Part shown: piece by piece, positions 26,461 to 32,772 of the stretch
Numbering within the stretch: the first letter of the stretch is position 1
How the letters are laid out: each line of letters opens with the position of its first letter
Virus record (IMG/VR): IMGVR_UViG_3300033067_001448
Span: 1-32,772 of that record
DNA: 32,772 nt
Source: a virus
Lineage: Duplodnaviria > Caudoviricetes
Direction: 5' to 3' (one strand)
Notes under the pieces: model-generated
The model's database searches: none
What the model saw: the letters and a program-made list of their open reading frames with translations, nothing else
Told to the model about the DNA's origin: nothing
Made by a program: the position numbers and the translations under genes

Positions 26461-27119
26461 CCGCGTGCAGCCAGGTGGCTCGGCATGAACTCGTTGCTCT
26501 CGGCGGACTGGTTGGCGTTGCTGGCCGCCGCCTCCTGGACGTACTGCGAGGCCGCCTGGCGCCACTGCGCCGCGGTGCGCGCGCCCTCCACGCCCTTGAT
26601 GATTGGGCCCGCCAGGTAGCTCGCCATGAGCATGCCAGCGCCGATCACGAAGCGGCTGCTGAACTTGTTCGAGTCGGTGATGTCGCGGGTGTAGAGCAAC
26701 ACCGCGTCGGGCTCGTTGGTCAACAGCACGTCGCCCTCAACCTCGAAGCGCGAGCTGCCGCGCTCGGTGAACACCGTGTTGATGACGTCGTCGGGGTAGT
26801 GCTCCTCGTACGACACCAGCGAGACGGTGTAGCTGTCGAGCAGGGCCAGCGGCAGGACGCGGCGGGCCTTGACGCAGTCGGCGGGCAGCGCGTAGGCGTA
26901 GGTCCACACGGTGCTGGGGTTGGTGACCTGGGACAGGGCCACGCGCTTGGCGGCGAACGACCAGGCGTGCATCTCCAGCATCTCGCGCCGCACCAGCGGG
27001 TAGAAGCGGGCGCAGTAGCCGGCCTCGACGGTGCCGTCGGGCGGGGAGATGCTGGCGATCTGCGCCCGCGCACCGATGTGCGAGAGGCCCAGGTTTGCGA
27101 TGTCGACTGGGGTTGCCAA
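26457..27119 (-). CDS. Tail tubular protein A / adaptor, 220 aa
   Basis: AGGAG+TTG start; VDIANLGLSHIG...HAWSFA...YAYALPADC. Confidence 0.88.
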   Translation of the reverse strand: MATPVDIANLGLSHIGARAQIASISPPDGTVEAGYCARFYPLVRREMLEMHAWSFAAKRVALSQVTNPSTVWTYAYALPADCVKARRVLPLALLDSYTVSLVSYEEHYPDDVINTVFTERGSSRFEVEGDVLLTNEPDAVLLYTRDITDSNKFSSRFVIGAGMLMASYLAGPIIKGVEGARTAAQWRQAASQYVQEAAASNANQSAESNEFMPSHLAARG

Positions 27120-27132
27120 GGCGTACTCCTAG

Positions 27133-27158
27133 AAAAAGGGCCGCACGAGGCGGCCCTT
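27133..27158 (-). terminator. Rho-independent terminator after the capsid genes
   Basis: Minus strand AAGGGCCGC-CTCGT-GCGGCCCTT-TTT. Confidence 0.85.
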
Positions 27159-27181
27159 CGGGTCTTCAGGTCAGCGGGCCG

Positions 27182-27439
27182 TCACACCAGGTCGCCGTCA
27201 CCGCCGCTGGCCGGCGGCTCATCGCGAACCGCCGAGCCAGGCAGCGGGCCGGCGCCGGGTGGACGGGCCTTCGGGTCGGCCTTCTTGAGCACGACCTTCG
27301 GGGCCTTGTCCACGGGCGCAAACCAGGTCGAGCCCTTGAAGCGCGGGTCCGCGACGTCCAGGTCGAAGACCTCGCCCGGCTCGCGCAGGATGCGGCCGTC
27401 GTGACCGCGCTCGAGTGCAATGACTTTCGTCTGTGCCAT
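27182..27439 (-). CDS. Small virion-associated hypothetical protein, 85 aa
   Basis: GGAG SD; G..REPGEVF...WF pattern seen in small head-region proteins. Confidence 0.75.
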   Translation of the reverse strand: MAQTKVIALERGHDGRILREPGEVFDLDVADPRFKGSTWFAPVDKAPKVVLKKADPKARPPGAGPLPGSAVRDEPPASGGDGDLV

Positions 27440-27453
27440 GGATCAGTCTCCGC

Positions 27454-27930
27454 TTACTGGACGGTGAACGCCGAGCGGTACGGACGCTGGTTGTCGACGT
27501 TCTCGGCGATGAACGCGTCGAAGTTGCCGGCGGTCAGCGGACCCGACGCCACGGTGTAACGCACGCCGAGGTAGCGGCGGTACAGGGCCTTGGGCAAGCG
27601 GATCTTGACCAGCTGGCTGCCGGCCGGCGAGAACGTGGCGAAGGCCAACGCGCCAGAGCTGAAGTGCACCTGGGCGTTGGTCGTCAGCGCGGCGTCGTCG
27701 GCCGACTCCAACGTGATCGTCAGCGTGGCATCACTGCCGGTGTCGGTCGCGGCCGTCACGGTCTGCACGACCAGGTAGGCCTCGTCGCCGATGTCGATCC
27801 GGGCGTTGGGCGAGAAGCCCGAGGCCTGGCCGCCAACGGTGACGGCGAACAAGTCGATGACGTTCGACGAGATGGCCGTTGCCGTGACCGCCTGAGCGTC
27901 GGAGAGCTCGTTTTGAGTGTCGATGAGCAT
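27454..27930 (-). CDS. Capsid cement/decoration protein (Bbp16-like), 158 aa
   Basis: MLID....SDAQAVTATAISSNVID...RRYLGVRYTV..GPLTAG; directly follows the major capsid gene. Confidence 0.87.
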   Translation of the reverse strand: MLIDTQNELSDAQAVTATAISSNVIDLFAVTVGGQASGFSPNARIDIGDEAYLVVQTVTAATDTGSDATLTITLESADDAALTTNAQVHFSSGALAFATFSPAGSQLVKIRLPKALYRRYLGVRYTVASGPLTAGNFDAFIAENVDNQRPYRSAFTVQ

Positions 27931-27963
27931 GGGAGTGTCCTTTCGGGTGTCAGGTGGTGGCGA

Positions 27964-29013
27964 TCAGGTCAGAGCCGTTTCGGTTTCGAGCAAGCGGTCG
28001 ACGGTGCGAACCGGCACGCCGAGCACCGTGACGGTGCCGTCGTTCACGAACGCGGGGTCGATCTTGCCGAACTCGGCCACGGCTGCCTGCAGCGACAGCA
28101 CGTTCTGGTTCTTGTCCATCGCGCCGATCGCCAGCATTTCTTTGACGGTGCGCGAGGCGTAGAACACGGCCTTGCCCATGCCGCGGTACGGGATGCGGGC
28201 CAGCGCCTTGACCATCAGCTTCGGCAAGAAGTTCGCCGAGGTGATCGCCTGGGTGCCGCTCAGGGCCAACAGGTCGCTCACGCTGATGTTGCAGATGCGA
28301 ACCACGTAGCGCCAGTCCTTGACCGTCAGGCCGCACTTCCAGGTCCACAGGTCCGCGTAGGCGCGGTAGCGGTTGTTGCTCGAGTCGAACGCGTCGATCT
28401 CGCCCAGGTCCTTGTGCTCGATACCGGCCTTGCTGCCCTTCGGGAAAATGCCGTGCACCGTGTTCTGACCCCACACGACCAGCCACACCGAGGTGCAGTT
28501 GCCCGAGCCGCCGGCCGAGATCACGTTCTTCGCGATTTCGCTGGTGCTGGTGTTGATCGTGTTGTAGCGCACGGCCAGGCCGTTGAAGCGCTCGGGGTTC
28601 AGCGAGGCGTCGCCGTAGATCAGGGCCTGGGCCATGTCCTGGTTCATGGCTTCCATGAAAGCCTGACCTTCGGACAGGCGGAACGCCTGGGTGTTGCCGT
28701 TCAAGTCGGCCAACGCGACGTCGACTTCGGCGCGCGTTTCCAGCATGCCGGTGGCGTCTTCCACGGTGGCACGCAGCGACTTGCTGGCGGGCACGCCCTG
28801 GTAGAGCTTGCGCCAGATGGTCGAGGGCAGGCCGGTGCGGATCGCCGTGCGGTGGCCGGCGGTCATGTTGCCCTCGATCCACTGCATGTCGGTCAGGATC
28901 TCGTTGGTCTGGTTCAGCAGCTCAACGACGGTTGCGGTTTTGCCATCGGGGTCGATGGACTTGGCCCAGTCGAGCAGCGTGACTGCGCCGGATTTCGTAG
29001 CAAGGGTAGGCAT
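27964..29013 (-). CDS. Major capsid protein (Bbp17-like), 349 aa
   Basis: TLLDWAK..DPDG...VELLNQTNEILTD...RTGLP...GLTVKDWRYVVRICNI. Confidence 0.92.
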   Translation of the reverse strand: MPTLATKSGAVTLLDWAKSIDPDGKTATVVELLNQTNEILTDMQWIEGNMTAGHRTAIRTGLPSTIWRKLYQGVPASKSLRATVEDATGMLETRAEVDVALADLNGNTQAFRLSEGQAFMEAMNQDMAQALIYGDASLNPERFNGLAVRYNTINTSTSEIAKNVISAGGSGNCTSVWLVVWGQNTVHGIFPKGSKAGIEHKDLGEIDAFDSSNNRYRAYADLWTWKCGLTVKDWRYVVRICNISVSDLLALSGTQAITSANFLPKLMVKALARIPYRGMGKAVFYASRTVKEMLAIGAMDKNQNVLSLQAAVAEFGKIDPAFVNDGTVTVLGVPVRTVDRLLETETALT

Positions 29014-29025
29014 GGGTCAGGTTCC

Positions 29026-29628
29026 TTATCGGGAGGGGGTTTTGTCGTACAGCACTGCAGCCGGGTCGCGCGGGGCGCTGGCAGCTGCGTTGCCTCGAGC
29101 GCGGACGATGGTGTCTTCGCTCATGGCCTTGGCGACCTTCAGCACGAACTTCACGACCTCGGGATGATTCCCCATGCCCGTGCTGTTCAGCAGGTCCTTG
29201 AACTCAGGCGTGCCGAAATCCTCGACGACCTTGCGCGCGGCGGCCTGGTTCTCGGGCTTGCCGAGCTCCGGGTCCTTCGCGACGGTGTCGGCCCAGGTCT
29301 GCACCGTGTCCTGGAACGCCTTGACCCGGTCGGCTTCGCGTTTCACCGCGAGGTCGGCCAGCTTCTGCGCTCGCTCGGACGGGGACAGGTCCTTGTCCTT
29401 CACGATCTTCGTGAACTCGTCCAGGGCTCCCTGGTCGAGCTGGATTCCTTCGGGGGTCTTGACCTCGAACGCAACCTCGTCGGCCGACTTGGTGTCGTCC
29501 GGCTTGGCCTCGCCTTCAGGCTTCTGACCGCCCTCGCCCGTCGGTGCAGGGTTCTGCGTGCCTTCGGTCGGTTCTTGCTTTCCCCCGGCTTCGTTTGTAC
29601 CTGCGCCGGCTTCCTGCGTATCACTCAC
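29026..29628 (-). CDS. Scaffolding-like protein, 200 aa
   Basis: Acidic disordered N-terminus; DPELG...LLNSTGMGNHPEVVKF...SED; lies just before the capsid gene. Confidence 0.8.
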   Translation of the reverse strand: MSDTQEAGAGTNEAGGKQEPTEGTQNPAPTGEGGQKPEGEAKPDDTKSADEVAFEVKTPEGIQLDQGALDEFTKIVKDKDLSPSERAQKLADLAVKREADRVKAFQDTVQTWADTVAKDPELGKPENQAAARKVVEDFGTPEFKDLLNSTGMGNHPEVVKFVLKVAKAMSEDTIVRARGNAAASAPRDPAAVLYDKTPSR

Positions 29629-29944
29629 TTGCGAACTCCTTCAGGAGCTTGAAATAGCCGTCGGGCGCTACCGCCAGCAGGTTGCCTTCGAACCACAGGC
29701 CCACGTTGCGCCGACCTTCGTTGAAGGCCATGACCGACCCCGAAGGGTTGAAGGTCGTGCGGCGTACGCCTGTTACTTCCAAGATCCTGCTCGCGATGCG
29801 GCGACCCGCAGCGTGGGCCATCAGCCACTTGAGATCGTCTTCCTGTTGCAGTCGGCGGCGTTTGTCTTCCTGGGATTCCTCCTCGGAAGCGCCCTCGAGT
29901 GCGAGCAGGTCGTACGGGTCTCGGATAGCTGACTTGTTGGTCAC
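29621..29944 (-). CDS. Bbp19-like conserved phage protein, 107 aa
   Basis: DLKWLM...GRR...MAFNEGRRNVGL; follows the portal gene. Confidence 0.82.
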   Translation of the reverse strand: MTNKSAIRDPYDLLALEGASEEESQEDKRRRLQQEDDLKWLMAHAAGRRIASRILEVTGVRRTTFNPSGSVMAFNEGRRNVGLWFEGNLLAVAPDGYFKLLKEFASE

Positions 29945-29977
29945 GATTGTGGAATGCCTTCAGTGCGCGACGGATAC
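29945..29977 (-). promoter_or_regulatory. Putative late promoter, copy 2
   Basis: GTATCCGTC-N16-CCACAATC filling the portal/Bbp19-like intergenic gap. Confidence 0.8.
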
Positions 29978-29979
29978 GG

Positions 29980-31689
29980 TCACTGCTCGGTGAACTGCGG
30001 GCTGGGTGCGCCGTAGCCCTGGAAGCGGTTCATGATGTCGCTGACGTTGTCGAGGTTGATGTCGCTCGCGGTCTTGGCCGAGTCGACGGCCTGCGCCATG
30101 GCGGCGCCCTGCTGCGCGGCCTGCGCGGCTTCTTGCTCGGCGGCCACCTTCTCGTTGGCCTCGTCGTCGGGCACCACCAGCTTCGGGTTCACGCCGAACA
30201 GGTCGGCGTAATCGTCGATGACCTGCATCGCGTTGATCTTGTGCCGCACCTCGGGCCAGAGCTGCGCGAGCGAACCCACCGTGCCGAGCAGCCGATCGGT
30301 GCTGCCGGCGGCCACGGCGCGCTGGGCCTGGGCCAGGGTCGAGACGAACTCGATCTCCAGGTCCTTGCCCTGCACTTCAGGCGGCGGCTCGAGCCGGCCG
30401 GTGAGCAGGCCCGCCTCGACGATGCGGTCAAAGGTCAGGTCGATGATCGGCGACAGCAGCTCGTTGTGCAGGCGCTCGAGCACGGGGCCGAGCATCAGCA
30501 GCTTCTCTTCGTGGCGCTCGGCAACCTCGGTGGCGGTCATCGACTTGCCGACGCTGGCCGACTGGGCCAGCATCAGGAACAGATCGGCGTAGTACCCGCG
30601 GTTGATGCGGTCGCGCACGTCCATCATGTCGGCCTGCAGGTGGCTCAGGTCGAGGCGCACCTCGAACAGCGAGCGGATGCCGGCCTGGGCGCTGGCTGCG
30701 TCCACGTAGGTGAAGCCCCCGGGGAAGCGGTTCTGTGCCTGGTCCTTCAGCGAGGACGGGCCCTGCAGCGGCGGGTTGACCATGTAGTCGATGGCCTGGC
30801 CCTTGCGCAGCTGCTGGTGCTGGAGCTGCTTGACGTCGCCGAGCACGTCCATGCCGGGGCTGCGCCCGTACACGTCGTTGCCGGTGATGTCCCAGCGCGG
30901 GCACAGCGCGGGGAAGCGCTTGAAGCCCGACTCGGCCAGCAGGCCGTCGCTCATCGAGCCGGGCTCGAAGTAGCACGATGCGAAGGGCATGTTGCGTCCG
31001 TCGCGCTTGGTTTTGTCGTAGTGGTCGCGCGGGTGCACCATGTGCATCACGTCGACCCAAGCGTCGAAGTTGCCGCGGTCGTACAGGTTGCGCACCGCGG
31101 TCGACACGTTCTCGCGGCCGAACTGCTTGACCATCTGGCCGACGGTCATCTTGAACTCGCGGCACAGGGTGTCGACCTTGCCCTCGTCATCGGTCGCGAT
31201 CGCGTACTCGCCCACGGTCAGCGGGTAGTGGTGGATCACGTTCTCGAAATTCGGGCGCACGAAGTTGGCCCAGGTGCCGAACGCGCCGATTTCGCCGTAG
31301 CACTGCTGCAGGGCGTTGTAGGTGTTCGACGCAGAGAAGATCGCACGCATCAGCTCGGCCACGTTGTGCAGCCACTGCTTGACGGCGCCGTACTCCATCA
31401 GGTCCTTGTCCTGCAACCCAAGGCGGAACCACGGGCGCGCGGGCGAGGTCATGCCCGACATCATCCCGGCCACCAGCGTGCGGTGCGCGAACACGGCCGT
31501 GTTGTCGTAGATGTCGTTGTGCTTTTTGCCACCCTTGTTGACGTCGGACGTGGTGAACCGCCCAGCTCGCGGGAACTGGTACTTGGCGATGTCTTGGTAG
31601 TGCGCGATCCAGCTCGAGCGCTCAGTCCAAAGCGCGGTCTTGCGCTCGAGCAGGCGCTTGCGCAGTGCGTCTTTGTCTGGGGTTTGCAT
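29980..31689 (-). CDS. Portal (head-to-tail connector), 569 aa
   Basis: GMMSGMTSPARPWFRL, YGRSPGMDVLGDVKQLQ, MTATEVAERHEEKLLMLGPVLERL. Confidence 0.94.
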   Translation of the reverse strand: MQTPDKDALRKRLLERKTALWTERSSWIAHYQDIAKYQFPRAGRFTTSDVNKGGKKHNDIYDNTAVFAHRTLVAGMMSGMTSPARPWFRLGLQDKDLMEYGAVKQWLHNVAELMRAIFSASNTYNALQQCYGEIGAFGTWANFVRPNFENVIHHYPLTVGEYAIATDDEGKVDTLCREFKMTVGQMVKQFGRENVSTAVRNLYDRGNFDAWVDVMHMVHPRDHYDKTKRDGRNMPFASCYFEPGSMSDGLLAESGFKRFPALCPRWDITGNDVYGRSPGMDVLGDVKQLQHQQLRKGQAIDYMVNPPLQGPSSLKDQAQNRFPGGFTYVDAASAQAGIRSLFEVRLDLSHLQADMMDVRDRINRGYYADLFLMLAQSASVGKSMTATEVAERHEEKLLMLGPVLERLHNELLSPIIDLTFDRIVEAGLLTGRLEPPPEVQGKDLEIEFVSTLAQAQRAVAAGSTDRLLGTVGSLAQLWPEVRHKINAMQVIDDYADLFGVNPKLVVPDDEANEKVAAEQEAAQAAQQGAAMAQAVDSAKTASDINLDNVSDIMNRFQGYGAPSPQFTEQ

Positions 31690-31692
31690 GCG

Positions 31693-31938
31693 TCAGAGTC
31701 CCAGCACCGTGCGATCGCGCGGACGCGCGGTCATTGGCTCGTTGACCGGGCCGGTGAGCGCCGTGCCGCCCATGGGGGCCGCGGTTGCGGGCGCCGTCGT
31801 GGCAGGCTTGTTGCCGCCCTTCAGGCCGAGCGGGTCCATCTTGCTCTTGTCGCCTGTCGCGAGCCGCGCGCCCAGCGGGTCGAGCTTGCTGTTGACCTTG
31901 CCGAAGAAGCCCGAGTTGAAGCTGTTCGCCGTGCACAT
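31693..31938 (-). CDS. Small Met-Cys-start virion protein, 81 aa
   Basis: ATG 2 nt after the upstream stop; ends RTVLGL. Confidence 0.7.
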   Translation of the reverse strand: MCTANSFNSGFFGKVNSKLDPLGARLATGDKSKMDPLGLKGGNKPATTAPATAAPMGGTALTGPVNEPMTARPRDRTVLGL

Positions 31939-31940
31939 GG

Positions 31941-32126
31941 TCAGCCGCCCAGCAGCGTGGTGCCGCCCAAGTTCACGCCCGAGCTCGCGACGCCCGACGG
32001 GCTCGTGAGCAACGTGCCACCGCCCATGCCGACCTTGCGGCCGGCGCGGCGCTGGTTCATCGAGTCGGCCTGCTTCGCTTCTTGCGGAGGCGGCGGAGGC
32101 GGCGGGATCTTGGGGCTGCTGCACAT
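31941..32126 (-). CDS. Small Met-Cys-start virion protein, 61 aa
   Basis: GAGG SD; MCSSPKIPPPPPPP...TLLTSPSG...TTLLGG, typical of pre-portal small proteins. Confidence 0.8.
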   Translation of the reverse strand: MCSSPKIPPPPPPPQEAKQADSMNQRRAGRKVGMGGGTLLTSPSGVASSGVNLGGTTLLGG

Positions 32127-32137
32127 GGTCGTGGACC

Positions 32138-32380
32138 TCAGAACTGCTGGATGAACTGCTCGCGCCGCGGGTCGTTGACGCTGCCGCCACCACCCCCACC
32201 GCCGCCTCGATCACCGCCACCGACGTCGCCGCCAAGGACGGTGCCCCGTGCGCGGCCGCTGGTGGTGCGGCGAGCGCCGGTCAGCATCGAGCCGCCGATC
32301 GAGCCGGCGCCACCCAAGCCCGTGGCCTGCGCGGACGTGGCTGAGATGGACTGATTAGAGGACGAGCCGACGGAGCACAT
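32138..32380 (-). CDS. Small Gly-rich Met-Cys-start protein, 80 aa
   Basis: Directly after late-promoter copy 3; shares GGSMLTG...TVLGG with the next two ORFs. Confidence 0.7.
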   Translation of the reverse strand: MCSVGSSSNQSISATSAQATGLGGAGSIGGSMLTGARRTTSGRARGTVLGGDVGGGDRGGGGGGGGSVNDPRREQFIQQF

Positions 32381-32387
32381 GGGCCAG

Positions 32388-32420
32388 GATTGTGGCTGCC
32401 GTGCACGCTGGGACGGATAC
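32388..32420 (-). promoter_or_regulatory. Putative late promoter, copy 3
   Basis: GTATCCGTC-N16-CCACAATC, intergenic. Confidence 0.8.
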
Positions 32421-32422
32421 GG

Positions 32423-32770
32423 CTACCGGCGGCGTCGGCGCAGGATGATCGTCAGGCCGTTGGCCGCGGCAACGACGCCGCCCGTCAGCGCCACGTTGTC
32501 GGCGAGCTGGGCCTGGAGTGCGTTTGCAATGGCGAGCCAAGTGTCGAGCGTTAGTGTTGGGCTGCCGGCGGTCTGCGCCTGCGTGGCATCCTGCACCACC
32601 AGCGTCACAGTGCCGGCCACGCTCAGGGTGACGTTGTCGGCGATCTGCGCGCTGATCGCGTTGGCGATCGCCAGCACCTGGTCGGTGGTCAGCGTGATGC
32701 CGTCAGCGGTCTGCGCCTGCGTGGCGTTCTGGATCACCAGGTTTACGTTAGACCCGCCCCCGCCTGCTGC
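32423..32770 (-). CDS. C-terminal part of a repeat-containing, probably structural protein; truncated by the window edge
   Basis: Frame open to the edge; ~21-aa repeats (IQNATQAQTAD/IANAISAQIAD/VQDATQAQTAG/IANALQAQLAD); ends RRRRR. Confidence 0.7.
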   Translation of the reverse strand, partial: AAGGGGSNVNLVIQNATQAQTADGITLTTDQVLAIANAISAQIADNVTLSVAGTVTLVVQDATQAQTAGSPTLTLDTWLAIANALQAQLADNVALTGGVVAAANGLTIILRRRRR

Positions 32771-32772
32771 GA

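Noticed and set aside
29400-29624. 74-aa alternate-frame ORF at the start of the scaffold gene
   Set aside because: A/T-rich codons near a gene start are normal and the peptide has shifted-frame composition.
1-32772. tRNA/rRNA genes, CRISPR arrays, IS elements, integrase, terminase
   Set aside because: None recognisable by eye; intergenic space is minimal. Terminase, primase and repressor presumably lie outside the window.

Overview
High-GC fragment of a tailed, podovirus-type phage genome with the gene order of Bordetella BPP-1/Burkholderia BcepC6B-like phages. No host genes are visible. The + strand (1-6834) carries replication and early genes: family A DNA polymerase (5'-truncated), VRR-NUC nuclease, a Zn-ribbon protein, SNF2 helicase, DUF6378 and small ORFs. 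The - strand (32772-6831) carries the virion and lysis operon: portal, scaffold, major capsid, cement, tail tube A/B, ejection proteins including a ~3065-aa polyvalent protein, two tailspikes and a holin/GH108 endolysin cassette. Standout observations: (1) a dif-like site at 5235-5262 with an intact XerC arm and spacer but a degenerate XerD arm, 1.1 kb from an HTH+DUF3653 (XafT-like) gene, suggesting a tailed phage that integrates through host XerCD; (2) small +1-frame genes with their own Shine-Dalgarno sites nested inside the giant ejection gene and the helicase; (3) a three-copy bipartite late-promoter motif and a four-copy palindromic operator; (4) a one-base frameshift in the second tailspike. 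All family assignments come from motif recognition by eye, not database searches.
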